Shown here piece by piece: positions 29,513 to 39,680 of a stretch of DNA of 64,000 nt. The notes below the pieces were generated by a model. It worked only from the letters and a program-made list of their open reading frames with translations, did no database searches and was not told the DNA's origin. The translations under genes were made by a program, and so were the position numbers. Source of the DNA: Candidatus Kaiserbacteria bacterium (GTDB taxonomy: Bacteria; Patescibacteriota; Minisyncoccia; Phycocordibacterales; UBA918); NCBI GenBank assembly GCA_016204695.1, contig JACQKD010000001.1:4976-68975 (forward strand), in the 5' to 3' direction. How positions within the stretch are numbered: the stretch's first letter is position 1; every line of letters begins with the position of its first letter.

Positions 29513-32500
29513 ATGGAAAAAATTTTCAGTACGAAAGGTCTTGTTACGGTAGGATTTTCAGTATTCATTGCCGCTCTGGTTGTCTTTACCGTACTGCCGC
29601 GCTTACCCGATATCCAAGCGGCAACGGGTGTTGACTTCAGTCTCGGAGCACTTGCTGTTGATGCATGTTGCGATGACGGAGGTGACGACGGTGGCGGCGA
29701 CACTGGTGATGGTGACGACGGAAGCGGTGGCGGTGGGGACAACGGAGGTGGAGGTGGTGGCGGAGGTGATTGTTGCGGCGGCGGTGAGACACCTCCTCCT
29801 CCAACTCTTTCTGTTTCTTGTACTCCAAGTGATTCTTCAATTCAGACCGGCGGCACGGTGACCTGGCGCGCGACAGTGAGCGGCGTCGACGGCGCGGCGA
29901 CTTTCTCGTGGGCTGATACGGCGGGCGGCACGGCCGCAACAGGCTCGACGCACTCTTGGTCGCGCACCTATAATTCCGCCGGCGCAGTGGGAGCTTCGGT
30001 GATTGCGGTGACGACCACCGGCCAGCGTGCCGAGGCATCCTGCGGGAGCGTTGTGGTGCGACCGATTCCTCAAACCCTCTCTGTTTCCTGCACCCCAAGC
30101 GCGTCCTCAATCCGCACCGGTGAGACGGTGACCTGGCGTGCGACAGTGAGCGGCGTCGACGGCGCGGCCACTTTTTCATGGGCTGACACGGCGGGCGGCA
30201 CGGCCGCAACCGGCTCAACACATTCATGGTCGCGCACCTATAATTCCGCCGGCGCAGTGGGAGCTTCGGTGATTGCGGTGACGACCACCGGCCAGCGTGC
30301 CGAGGCATCCTGCGGGAGCGTCACAGTGACGACGACTCCGCCTCCATCTGTTCCGCTTACCGTCACCTGCCAGGCATCCGTCTCCTCGATTCAAAGCGGC
30401 GGCTCCGTCACATGGACGGCATCTCCGTCGGGCGGCAGTGGCGCCTATCAGTTCAGCTGGTCTGACACCGACGGCGCGCAATTTTCAAGTGGTACGGCGC
30501 ACTCGTGGACTCGGACATATACGACGGCTGGCACCAAGGGTGCTTCTGTCGCTGTCGCCGATACGTTGGGGAACACAAAGACCGCATCCTGCGGGAGCGT
30601 TGTGGTGCGACCGATTCCTCAAAATCTCTCCGTCTCTTGTACCCCGAGCGCATCCTCGATCCAAACCGGCGGTACGGTTACATGGAGAGCGACAGTCAGC
30701 GGCGTTGACGGCGCGGCTTCTTTCTCGTGGGCTGACACGGCGGGCGGCACCGCATCCACGGGCGCAACAAACTCATGGTCGCGCACATACAATACTGCGG
30801 GAACCATCGGCGCATCGGTGATCGCGGTCACAACGACCGGCCAGCGCGCGGAAGCATCCTGCGGGAGTGTTGTGGTGCGAACAACGCCTCCTCCGCCTTC
30901 CGAAACTCCCACCGGCACCATTTCCGCAAACCCCAACCCGTGCCGCATCGCACAGGGAGGGACGCAGTGTGCTTCCAACATCACTTGGTCTACACAGCAC
31001 ACGACGAATGCCACCGTGTGTGTGGATGGTTCACTCTTTGCGAATGCGACATTCGGCAGTCAAAATGCTCCGTGGATTCAGGCAAATCATAACTACGTCT
31101 TTACCCTTTTCAACGGCGGCAGTTGCGGTGGCACAGTACTTGACCGCGTGACGGTGACGGCGATTCCGCCGGCGGCCCAGGGCGCTCCGACCTGTACGCT
31201 TACCGCAAATCCTTCCTCGATCAATTCCGGAAACACGGCGATGCTCTCGTGGACGACGACGGGCGCGACAAGCGGTTCCATTAATAATGGCGTTGGGGCG
31301 ATGATTCCGATCGCAAACGGCTCAAAGAGTGTCTCTCCGACGAATAATACGACATATACCGCGACGGTAACGGGTCCCGGAGGCAGTGCGGATTGTTCAA
31401 CATCTGTGACCGTACTGCCGGTGGTGGGAGACCCTGTGGCTCGGTGCGACTTTTTCAGCGCAAGTCCGAGCGTGGTTGACCGCGGCGGCATCACGACGCT
31501 CCGATGGGAAACGACGAATGCTTCGCGAGTGTCTATCAACGGCGCGGGCGCAAGCGCGGTAGACGGCAGTATGGATGTGCAAGTGCAGAACGACACGACC
31601 TACACGCTCACCGCTCATGGATTTACCAATGATACCTGTTCAACGACGGTGACGGTGCGGCCGACGGTCATGCGCACGCTCGTCGTGCAAAAGCTCGGCA
31701 ACGGCACCGGGTCGGTGACGACGACCGGCTTGGATTGTCCGGCAGGGAACACTATTTGCAGTAATCAGTACAGTCAGGGAACCAATCTCGTGCTGAACGC
31801 GGCGGCATCCGCCGGTTCCACATTTGCGGGCTGGGGCGGCGACTGTTCGGCGAATGGCGCAGTAACGATGGACACCAACAAGACCTGTACGGCGACATTC
31901 GTACTTGCGCCTGTCGGTGCGCCGACTTGCAGTATTTCAGCGGCTCCCGCTTCCATCGCGTCCGGTTCTTCGACGACGCTCTCATGGACGACGGCCAATG
32001 CAACGAGCGGCTCTATCGACAACGGCGTCGGCGCGATGATTCCGATCGCGGGCGGCTCACGGAGTGTCACTCCATCAGGCACCACCACATACACCGCGAC
32101 GGTGAGCGGCTCCGGAGGAACGGCGAATTGCGCCGTCACGGTAGTGGTGTCTCCGCAATCCGAATCGCTTCGCTGTGATTCCTTCAGCGCAAGCCCAAGC
32201 TCCATTGATGAAGGGGATACGACGACGCTTCGTTGGGAGACCACCGGCGCGACGAGTGTGGAAATCTCGGATGGCATCGGTTCGGTCGGCTCCGACGGAA
32301 GCAGGACGGTGAGCCCGGATAATGACACGACCTATACGCTTGTTGCTCGACGCGGAAGCGACACCGCTACCTGCTCGACGAGCGTGAATGTGGACGAGAA
32401 CAATGGCGGAGGAGGAGGTTCGTCAAGCTCCTCACCACGCTGTGAGCTCTTCCGCGCATCGGACGATGACATCACCGCCGGCGAGCGAGTGACGCTCCGC

Positions 32501-33655
32501 TGGAGGACGGAGGACGGCAGTGAGTTGCGTATCGAAGATGACCGCGACAACGAGATATTCGAGACCAATGACGATGACGATGTCGACGACGGCGAAGTAA
32601 CCGTGCGTCCGACGCGCGACACTCGCTACACGCTCACCGTCGAGCGCGGAAGCCGCGATGATGAATGTACGACGCGCATCGACGTTGAAGACCGGGAAGT
32701 CTCACTCATTCTTGACCGCGATCAACAGCCGCTGACCTCCATCTCCCTCTCACAGGTGCCGTATACCGGCTTTGACGCAGGACCGTTTCTGACGACTGTC
32801 TTCTACGTCCTCCTTGCGCTCTGGGCCGCATCGGTGACCTATGTGCTCGTTATCAAAAAGGGTTCCGTATTCGGTGTCGCTCTGCGTCGGCAGGCGCCCT
32901 ACCGGCCCGCACATGCGGTGGCGATTCCCCATGGCGAGTACCGATCAAACGTCCGGTACCCGCGGATGTACGCGGAAGCCACCGCCACTGCTGTGAATTC
33001 CTCCCCGTTTGCCGCTCCGGTGCGCGGATATGGCGCGGTGGCGATGACCGACGATGAAGTCGAGCCGGAGACCGAAGATGCCGATACCTACCTCAAGGAA
33101 CGTGCGCACGAGCTCAATCTCATTCTTTCCAATGATGCGGTGCGCTTCATTTTGGAACGCGCGAATTCAAGGGAAGATCGCATGACGTTTCTTGATGAGG
33201 TGAGCGCTCGCGCGAAGGCGATCTATCCTCGCGAAGACGGCTGGGTCGTCGTCAATCGCGAGCGTATTGAAATGCTCGCCGCGAGCCAGCCCGTGTCTGC
33301 GGCGTCACCGGTTTCTGTTGAAGAAGAGCCGAAGGATATCGCAAAGTTGATGCGGGTGCCCACGCTTGCCGAGGCGATTGTAACGGGCAATGTCACTGCG
33401 GCATATACCGCCCTTGGCGATCTGCCGCTTGTCGCGCTCGCCGACGCAGTGGGCGATCTCGATGCGCTCTTTCGAGTACGGCATGACGAAGAGATTGATG
33501 TCCCCGGGACCCTTGTGGAAGCGGCGGCTCGTCTCTCGGACGACCAACTTGAAGAAGTGATCCAATCGCTTGCAAGCGCCATTGATGGCGTATATCGCGA
33601 CGAGGCGGCGGCCGTGAAGCTTGCCATCATAAAGGCGATCAAGGCGGTCGCGTAA
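29513..33655 (+). CDS. Large surface protein with tandem PKD/Ig-like repeats, VPYTG motif, TM helix and C-terminal domain
   Basis: ~90-aa Cys-bracketed repeats; SQVPYTG followed by a TM helix and KK. Confidence 0.85.
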   Translation: MEKIFSTKGLVTVGFSVFIAALVVFTVLPRLPDIQAATGVDFSLGALAVDACCDDGGDDGGGDTGDGDDGSGGGGDNGGGGGGGGDCCGGGETPPPPTLSVSCTPSDSSIQTGGTVTWRATVSGVDGAATFSWADTAGGTAATGSTHSWSRTYNSAGAVGASVIAVTTTGQRAEASCGSVVVRPIPQTLSVSCTPSASSIRTGETVTWRATVSGVDGAATFSWADTAGGTAATGSTHSWSRTYNSAGAVGASVIAVTTTGQRAEASCGSVTVTTTPPPSVPLTVTCQASVSSIQSGGSVTWTASPSGGSGAYQFSWSDTDGAQFSSGTAHSWTRTYTTAGTKGASVAVADTLGNTKTASCGSVVVRPIPQNLSVSCTPSASSIQTGGTVTWRATVSGVDGAASFSWADTAGGTASTGATNSWSRTYNTAGTIGASVIAVTTTGQRAEASCGSVVVRTTPPPPSETPTGTISANPNPCRIAQGGTQCASNITWSTQHTTNATVCVDGSLFANATFGSQNAPWIQANHNYVFTLFNGGSCGGTVLDRVTVTAIPPAAQGAPTCTLTANPSSINSGNTAMLSWTTTGATSGSINNGVGAMIPIANGSKSVSPTNNTTYTATVTGPGGSADCSTSVTVLPVVGDPVARCDFFSASPSVVDRGGITTLRWETTNASRVSINGAGASAVDGSMDVQVQNDTTYTLTAHGFTNDTCSTTVTVRPTVMRTLVVQKLGNGTGSVTTTGLDCPAGNTICSNQYSQGTNLVLNAAASAGSTFAGWGGDCSANGAVTMDTNKTCTATFVLAPVGAPTCSISAAPASIASGSSTTLSWTTANATSGSIDNGVGAMIPIAGGSRSVTPSGTTTYTATVSGSGGTANCAVTVVVSPQSESLRCDSFSASPSSIDEGDTTTLRWETTGATSVEISDGIGSVGSDGSRTVSPDNDTTYTLVARRGSDTATCSTSVNVDENNGGGGGSSSSSPRCELFRASDDDITAGERVTLRWRTEDGSELRIEDDRDNEIFETNDDDDVDDGEVTVRPTRDTRYTLTVERGSRDDECTTRIDVEDREVSLILDRDQQPLTSISLSQVPYTGFDAGPFLTTVFYVLLALWAASVTYVLVIKKGSVFGVALRRQAPYRPAHAVAIPHGEYRSNVRYPRMYAEATATAVNSSPFAAPVRGYGAVAMTDDEVEPETEDADTYLKERAHELNLILSNDAVRFILERANSREDRMTFLDEVSARAKAIYPREDGWVVVNRERIEMLAASQPVSAASPVSVEEEPKDIAKLMRVPTLAEAIVTGNVTAAYTALGDLPLVALADAVGDLDALFRVRHDEEIDVPGTLVEAAARLSDDQLEEVIQSLASAIDGVYRDEAAAVKLAIIKAIKAVA
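29806..30880 (+). repeat. Intragenic ~270-bp tandem repeats (four units, the third diverged)
   Basis: CGGCGTCGACGGCGCGGC at 29881 and 30151, a variant near 30700, and long identical stretches between units 1 and 2. Confidence 0.9.
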
Positions 33656-33671
33656 GAAGATTTAAAATTTT

Positions 33672-33716
33672 AAGGGCACCAAAAAATCCGCCTCCGGCGG
33701 ATTTTTTGGTGCCCTT
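33672..33716. terminator. Terminator or REP-like hairpin
   Basis: 21-bp stem with a TCCGCC-TCC-GGCGGA core. Confidence 0.7.
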
Positions 33717-33803
33717 TACCAGTGATCACTTCTACTATAATGTAGCGGCGGCGAGGTAGTGGTTGTCTGGGCCAAATGTATATAACCCGAAGGAGGGAAG
33801 GGT

Positions 33804-33995
33804 ATGAGGAAGAAAATCAGGCCTATCTTGTTGGCATGGTGGTTTCTTCTGCAATGGGATCGGAGCGCAGGGTTCCAGGGTCCGTTTGACTCGGAACAAG
33901 CCTGTGCGAAGATACGGCAGGTAATCATCGTCGATCGAGACAGAAGGACGTTTCAGCACTTTTTGGTCGGAGAATGTATTTCCGATCAGGGTTAA
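33804..33995 (+). CDS. Small hypothetical exported protein (63 aa)
   Basis: GGGAGG RBS, basic then hydrophobic N-terminus, two Cys. Confidence 0.5.
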   Translation: MRKKIRPILLAWWFLLQWDRSAGFQGPFDSEQACAKIRQVIIVDRDRRTFQHFLVGECISDQG

Positions 33996-34031
33996 CCTAC
34001 ACTCGTCAAACAGTACTACCTCCGCTTCCAT

Positions 34032-34069
34032 AACAGCCGAGGGGATCGCTTGCGATCCCCTCGGCTGTT
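34032..34069. terminator. Hairpin downstream of thrS
   Basis: Perfect 18-bp inverted repeat AACAGCCGAGGGGATCGC. Confidence 0.65.
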
Positions 34070-34071
34070 CC

Positions 34072-35826
34072 TCATTTCTTCTCCGTAATTTCTTTCTTGA
34101 GCCGCTCGATGAGGGCGTCGACGCTACTCTCGCCGAGCTTGCCGTTGTCGCGGCTTTCGATGGTGACCTGCTTGCCCTCCACTTCCTTGTCACCAATGAC
34201 AAGCGCGTACGGCGACTTCGAGAGTTTCCAGTCGCGTATCTTTTTGCCGAGTGTTTCGTTTCGTTCGTCGAGCTCCGCGCGGATGCCCGCGGCTTTGAGC
34301 GATTCCGACACCTCCTGCGCGAACGCCATGTGGTGCTCGCCAATCGGCAGAACCGCCGCCTGCACCGGCGAGAGCCAGAGCGGGAAGTTGCCCGCGGTGT
34401 GCTCAATATAGACGCTCAAGAATCGTTCCAAGGAACCCGCGATAGCCAAGTGAATCATGACAGGCATCTTGTCCTTCCCGTCGGTGTCGGTATAGACGAG
34501 TCCGAAACGCGCCGGCTGGACGAAGTCGAGCTGTCCGGTCGCAAGCTGGTGCTCGCGGCCGATGGCGTCCATTGCCATGAAGTCGATTTTCGGCCCGTAG
34601 AAAGCGGCTTCGCCCGGAGCGATGAAGTACTCAAAATTGCTCGACTTGGCGATGTTCTCAAGCTGTGACTGCGCGCGCTCCCAGAGCGCCTCGTCGCCGA
34701 GGTATTTTTCCGGCTCTGCCGGGTCGCGGAAAGAAAGTCGTGCGCGGAACTGCATGCCCATGACGCGATAGAATTCCACAACCATTTCCATGATTGACTG
34801 GTATTCGCTTTCAATCTGGTCGACGGTGCAGAAGATGTGGCTATCGTCTTGAGTGATCGCACGCACCCGTGAGAGGCCGCCAAGCTCGCCGGTTTTCTCG
34901 TCACGGTAGACTTCCGTCGTACTCATGTAGCGGATGGGGAGGTCGCGATAACTTCTCGGCCGCGAGACGTAGATCTGTTGATGGTGCGGACAGTTCATGG
35001 GCTTCAGCACAAACTGGTCTTTCGTTTCCTGGCTCTTCACGAGGAAGAGTTCGTGGCCGAATTTGTCCCAGTGGCCGGAGACTTTGTACAGGTCGTTTTT
35101 GGTGATGTGGGGAATCCAGACCTTCTGGAATCCTCGCGCGAGCCGGAGACCTTGCGAGAACGCGTTTATTTCTTCTCGCAATATCGTGCCTTTGGGCGTG
35201 AACAGCGGCAGACCGCTACCGACGAGGTCGGAAGTGGCGAAGAGGTCAAGCTCTCGGCCGAGCTTGCGATGGTCGCGTTTTTTGGCTTCCTCCTGCATGC
35301 GGAGGTATGCATCGAGGGCTTCTTTCGTTTCAAAGGCGAGGCCGTAGATGCGAGTGAGCATGGGCTTCGTCTCGTCGCCTCGCCAGTACGCGCCCGCGAC
35401 GCGGTCGAGCTTGAAGGAGTCCGGGGCTATATCTTGCGCGGGATGCTCCGCGTGTCCTCCTTTGCAGAGGTCGATAAATCCGTCAATCGTATAGAACGTG
35501 AGCGTTTTGCCTTCACCGGCAAATTCGTCTATGAGCTCACACTTGTATTCGTTCCATGAGAATTCTTTTTTCGCTTCTTCAGCGGATACCTCTCTACGCT
35601 CGAATGCCGTCCAGCTTTTCAGTTTCTCTCGCATTTTTTCCTCAATCTTCGGAAGGTCGCTTTCCGAGATCGGGGAGGGAAGCTCGAAGTCCTGATAGAA
35701 CCCGTCTTCGACGGCCGGTCCTATGGCATTCTTCGCGCCCGGGTACAGCTCACGGACGGATGCGGCCAAAAGGTGCGCGAGTGTGTGGCGGATATGATCA
35801 AGCGATTCCTTCGGTTTGTCGTTCAT
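34072..35826 (-). CDS. thrS: Threonyl-tRNA synthetase
   Basis: RHTLAHLL, DLCKGGH, RDHRKLG, KPMNCP and AFYGPKID motifs. Confidence 0.97.
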   Translation of the reverse strand: MNDKPKESLDHIRHTLAHLLAASVRELYPGAKNAIGPAVEDGFYQDFELPSPISESDLPKIEEKMREKLKSWTAFERREVSAEEAKKEFSWNEYKCELIDEFAGEGKTLTFYTIDGFIDLCKGGHAEHPAQDIAPDSFKLDRVAGAYWRGDETKPMLTRIYGLAFETKEALDAYLRMQEEAKKRDHRKLGRELDLFATSDLVGSGLPLFTPKGTILREEINAFSQGLRLARGFQKVWIPHITKNDLYKVSGHWDKFGHELFLVKSQETKDQFVLKPMNCPHHQQIYVSRPRSYRDLPIRYMSTTEVYRDEKTGELGGLSRVRAITQDDSHIFCTVDQIESEYQSIMEMVVEFYRVMGMQFRARLSFRDPAEPEKYLGDEALWERAQSQLENIAKSSNFEYFIAPGEAAFYGPKIDFMAMDAIGREHQLATGQLDFVQPARFGLVYTDTDGKDKMPVMIHLAIAGSLERFLSVYIEHTAGNFPLWLSPVQAAVLPIGEHHMAFAQEVSESLKAAGIRAELDERNETLGKKIRDWKLSKSPYALVIGDKEVEGKQVTIESRDNGKLGESSVDALIERLKKEITEKK

Positions 35827-35873
35827 ATAACGTTGATTACTGTGTTGGGATAAAAGTACCACGAAGACCGGCC

Positions 35874-35983
35874 AAACGAAAACGCCTCCCAAGGGGAGGC
35901 GTTTTCGTTTTGTTTTTGGTACAAAAACAACCTCCCCGCTATATAGCGGTCGTGGCGGTTGTAGTCGTGCCAGTAATGTGCAT
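35874..35983 (-). promoter_or_regulatory. thrS attenuator (leader ORF, antiterminator and terminator)
   Basis: Terminator AAACGAAAACGCCTCCC/GGGAGGCGTTTTCGTTT; competing pairing GGGGAGGTTGTTTT/AAAACGCCTCCCC; upstream TTGCTT-N17-TAAAAT. Confidence 0.8.
35939..35983 (-). CDS. Thr-rich leader peptide MHITGTTTTATTAI
   Basis: 14 codons, 7 of them Thr, using all four Thr codons, directly upstream of a terminator and thrS. Confidence 0.82.
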   Translation of the reverse strand: MHITGTTTTATTAI

Positions 35984-36082
35984 CCGATACATTTTACAAC
36001 CTCTGCATTTTTGAAGCAACAAAAAGGTGTTGACGACGAAGCTTTTCGAGATTATTTTGTGGCCAGGAAGGAGGTGATCTGG

Positions 36083-36268
36083 ATGGCACAATGGAGAAGG
36101 AACGATGGTACTTCCCGTATTGAGCGAGTGGTGGGGTCTCCCGCATCTTCGGCTAGGAAGCGGAGAGTATGGCCATGGGTACTGCTTGCAGCCGCATTAG
36201 CGACTAGCCCATGGTGGTTCCGCCTTCTCAAGTTGTTTGAGTGGGGGATGAGCTTTCCCAAAGGCTAA
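36083..36268 (+). CDS. Small membrane protein (61 aa)
   Basis: Strong RBS AAGGAGGTGA, Trp-rich TM segment and a hairpin at 36276-36302. Confidence 0.6.
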   Translation: MAQWRRNDGTSRIERVVGSPASSARKRRVWPWVLLAAALATSPWWFRLLKLFEWGMSFPKG

Positions 36269-36309
36269 TATGTTCGGGGCGCCGATCCCAAGTCGGCGCC
36301 CCAGAGTTT

Positions 36310-39300
36310 TTATACCAAACTTTTTACCATCTCGGCGACGATGGAGGGCTGGCCGTTGCGGTAGGAGAGGCGGCCTTTCACGGCAATGCAGTTTTGCGCC
36401 TGCAACACCTCCTGCTTGTCTTTCAGGAGGGAGGGGAAGACGACCATCTCGATCGAGTGCTCCCAGTCGGCGAGGCGAATGAATGCCATATGGTCGCCTT
36501 TCTTGGTCATGATTTCCTTCATGTCTTCGATGAGGCCGGAGGTGGTCACGGGGATGCCTTCGCGTTCATCAGTCACGACAGCGTAAATACTCTGATATTT
36601 TTTCATCGCGTCTTTGCAAGAATCCAAAGGATGGCCGGAGACGAAGACTCCGAGGAGTTCCTTCTCCCACAGTAGTTTTTGGCTTGCGGGCGCAGTCGGC
36701 ATGGGCGCAAGCGTTAGGCCGGCATCGGCAGTGGTTGCGAGCGTGGCAAAAAGAGAATCGTGTGCGGATGCAAGTTGTGCGGCCTGCTCGTGGTTGAAGT
36801 CGAGCAGTCGGTCGAGGTTGCCCATCAGCGCACCACGCTCGGCGAAGCGGTCGAGTGTTCCCGCCATGATGAGCGCCTCCAGGGATTTCTTGTTGAGATT
36901 TTTGTCCTGTACTCGGGTGAGGAAGTCGGCAAGCGAGATATACGGGCCGTTCGCTTTGCGTTCCCTGATGATGGACTCCGCGATGCCTTCACCGAAGTTT
37001 TTGATGGTGGTCAGCCCGAAACGAATGATCTTTTTGTCCTCATTATTTGGCACGACCGAAAAGCCCGCGAAGCTTTCATTTATGTCCGGCGGCAGTATCT
37101 CGATGCCCATGCGCTCGCACTCGTGGATGATTTCGGAGATTTTCTCGATATTGCCGGAGTCGGCGGTGAGCACTGCCGACATGTATTCGACGGGGAAATT
37201 CGCCTTCATGTATGCGGTCTGGTAGGCGACGCGGCCATAGCTTGCGGCATGCGCTTTTCCGAAGCCATACGCGGCGAATGGCTCGATAAATTTCCAAAGT
37301 ATTTGAGCCTTTGTCTCGGTCATTCCATTTTTTATGAGGCTCACGATAAGTTTTTCTTTTTCGGCGGCCATTACTTTTGGAATCTTTTTCCCCATCGCCT
37401 TGCGCAACATATCTGCTTCAAGCCATGAGTAGCTAGCGAGTTTGATAGCAGTGAGGAGTACATCGTCCTGATAGACGAGGAGCCCGTAGGAAAATTCGAG
37501 GTACTCTTTCATTCGCGGGTCAAGATAATTGATCAAATGTGGATTATGCTTGCGCTCGATGTATTGCGGGATGGATTCCATCGGACCGGGACGGTAGAGG
37601 GCGACCATGGCGTTGATATCGTGGATAGATGACGGACGCAGGTCTTTGAGGAAGTGCGTCATTCCGGAGCCGTTGAGCTGGAAGAGCCCCATGGTTTCGC
37701 CGCGCGCGAGCATCTCGAACGTCTTTTTGTCATCAAGCGGAATGTTTTCAATGTCGATTTCAATGCCGCGTATCGCGCGCACGCGGTCGACGGCGTCGGC
37801 GAGTATGGAAAGATTTTTGATGCCGAGAAAGTCGAATTTCAAAAGGCCGACGCCGTCTTCGCCGACCGTGTGCATGTCGTACTGGGTGATGAGGTTGCCG
37901 CCGGCGTCTTTGTCTGATTTTGGTTCATACTGGAGCGGGACGAAGTCGGTGAGCGGCGCGGGCGCGATGACGACGCCGGCGGCATGCACGCCGACGTGCC
38001 GCACGCGCCCCTCTATCTTTTTTGCAAGGTCAATCACCTCGCGCGTTTCCGCGTCTTTTTCGTACAGTTCCTTGAGGTCGGGCTCAAGCGCAAGCGCGCG
38101 CTCAATTGTCATGGGAAATCCTTGCGACCCGAAGGGAATGAGCTTGGCGATGCGGTCGCCGGTCGCGTACGGGTGATTGAGCGCGCGCGCCACATCCCGC
38201 ACGACCGCGCGCGCGAGCATTTTTCCGAAGGTGCCGATCTGGGCGACTTTGTCCGCGCCGTATTTTTCTTTCGCGTACGCGATGATTTCGTCGCGGCGGT
38301 TGTCGGCGTAGTCCATGTCGATATCGGGTGCCGATGGCCGTTCCGGATTGAGAAATCGCTCAAACGGAAGCTTGTATTCAATCGGATTGACGTTCGTAAT
38401 GCCGAGCACATACGTCGTGAGCGAGCCTGCGACCGAGCCGCGGATGGTGGTCAAAATCTTCCGTTTGCGCGCCTCGCGAAGCAGGTCGCCGACGACGAGA
38501 AAGTACTTCGCATACCCCTTCATCTTGATGATGTCGAGTTCGTAGGCGATGCGTTCGCGGATGACCGGGTCCTCCGGGTCGAGCCCGCGCCATACGATGC
38601 CTTTGTATGCGAGTTCGGACAGCTCCTCGTCCGGAGACTTGCCGCTTTCGATGATGTAGTCGGGGAAGTACCATGTGCCGATTTCTATCTCGACATTGCA
38701 TTGCTCGGCGATTTTCACGCTGTTTTCAAGCGCAGAGGGAATGTCTTTGAAATATTCTTGCGCTTTTTTCTGGGAAATAAATGAAAAATCTTCCTCGTAT
38801 TCGTCAAAACCGTCGGTCGTTTCGACGGTGCCGCCGGTCTGGATTTTCACCATCGTCTCGCGCGCGAGCCGGTCTTCCGGGTTGATGTAGTAGACGTCGT
38901 GGGTGGCGACAAGCGGCGTATTCGTATGTTCCGCGAGCGTGCGGATGTTTTCCTGCAATTCTTCGTGGCCGGGTATTTCCGGATGATGGGTAATTTCAAG
39001 ATAGCAGTCATCGCCGAATTGCGACTTGTACCACGAGATGAGCGCGTGCGCTTTCTCCGTATCTTGGGCTTTGAGCGAGTGCGATGTCTCTCCGGCAAAC
39101 GAGGGAATGATGCAGACGAGGCCGTCTCTGTATTTTTCGATAAGTTCGCGGTCGAGGCGCGGGCGATAATAGAAGCCGTCAATGTACGACTCGGTGACGA
39201 GCTTGATGAGATTTTTGTATCCCGCCGTAGTCTTGGCGAGAAGCACGATACGCGCACGCGGCTTGTCTATCTGCGCCTCGCGGTCATGCCGCGTGCGCGG

Positions 39301-39513
39301 CGCCAGATACGCGTCAATGCCGATGATGGGCTTGATGCCTTCCTTCTTGCATTGCTGATAAAACTCCACCGCGCCGTACAGATTGCCGTTGTCCGTGAGC
39401 GCAAGCGCATCCATTCCATCGGCCTTGGCCGCCTCCACCAGCTCCCGCACCGTCGGCAGGGCATTCAGAAGCGAGTAATGGCTATGTGTGTGGAGATGGA
39501 CGAAAGAGGACAT
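36310..39513 (-). CDS. dnaE: DNA polymerase III alpha subunit
   Basis: FVHLHTHSHYSLL (PHP domain), RGSVAGS, FERFLNPER, PDIDMD and KFDFLG motifs. Confidence 0.97.
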   Translation of the reverse strand: MSSFVHLHTHSHYSLLNALPTVRELVEAAKADGMDALALTDNGNLYGAVEFYQQCKKEGIKPIIGIDAYLAPRTRHDREAQIDKPRARIVLLAKTTAGYKNLIKLVTESYIDGFYYRPRLDRELIEKYRDGLVCIIPSFAGETSHSLKAQDTEKAHALISWYKSQFGDDCYLEITHHPEIPGHEELQENIRTLAEHTNTPLVATHDVYYINPEDRLARETMVKIQTGGTVETTDGFDEYEEDFSFISQKKAQEYFKDIPSALENSVKIAEQCNVEIEIGTWYFPDYIIESGKSPDEELSELAYKGIVWRGLDPEDPVIRERIAYELDIIKMKGYAKYFLVVGDLLREARKRKILTTIRGSVAGSLTTYVLGITNVNPIEYKLPFERFLNPERPSAPDIDMDYADNRRDEIIAYAKEKYGADKVAQIGTFGKMLARAVVRDVARALNHPYATGDRIAKLIPFGSQGFPMTIERALALEPDLKELYEKDAETREVIDLAKKIEGRVRHVGVHAAGVVIAPAPLTDFVPLQYEPKSDKDAGGNLITQYDMHTVGEDGVGLLKFDFLGIKNLSILADAVDRVRAIRGIEIDIENIPLDDKKTFEMLARGETMGLFQLNGSGMTHFLKDLRPSSIHDINAMVALYRPGPMESIPQYIERKHNPHLINYLDPRMKEYLEFSYGLLVYQDDVLLTAIKLASYSWLEADMLRKAMGKKIPKVMAAEKEKLIVSLIKNGMTETKAQILWKFIEPFAAYGFGKAHAASYGRVAYQTAYMKANFPVEYMSAVLTADSGNIEKISEIIHECERMGIEILPPDINESFAGFSVVPNNEDKKIIRFGLTTIKNFGEGIAESIIRERKANGPYISLADFLTRVQDKNLNKKSLEALIMAGTLDRFAERGALMGNLDRLLDFNHEQAAQLASAHDSLFATLATTADAGLTLAPMPTAPASQKLLWEKELLGVFVSGHPLDSCKDAMKKYQSIYAVVTDEREGIPVTTSGLIEDMKEIMTKKGDHMAFIRLADWEHSIEMVVFPSLLKDKQEVLQAQNCIAVKGRLSYRNGQPSIVAEMVKSLV

Positions 39514-39680
39514 GGTGGGGACATTATAAGTCCTTTAAAGTAAAACGAGAATTGCTTTATACGCCGCTCTTGTTTTTGGTATAGAAACGTGTTTTAGTGT
39601 GCCTGGATTTAGATGGGCACCCACACCCCCCAAAAGCGAAGTAGAGAGTATGCAACTTGTGTGCTGGGAGGAGAGAGACC

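Noticed and set aside
29806-30880. CRISPR array or DGR template/variable repeat pair
   Set aside because: These are in-frame coding domain repeats with no spacers, no adenine-specific mismatch pattern and no cas or reverse transcriptase gene.
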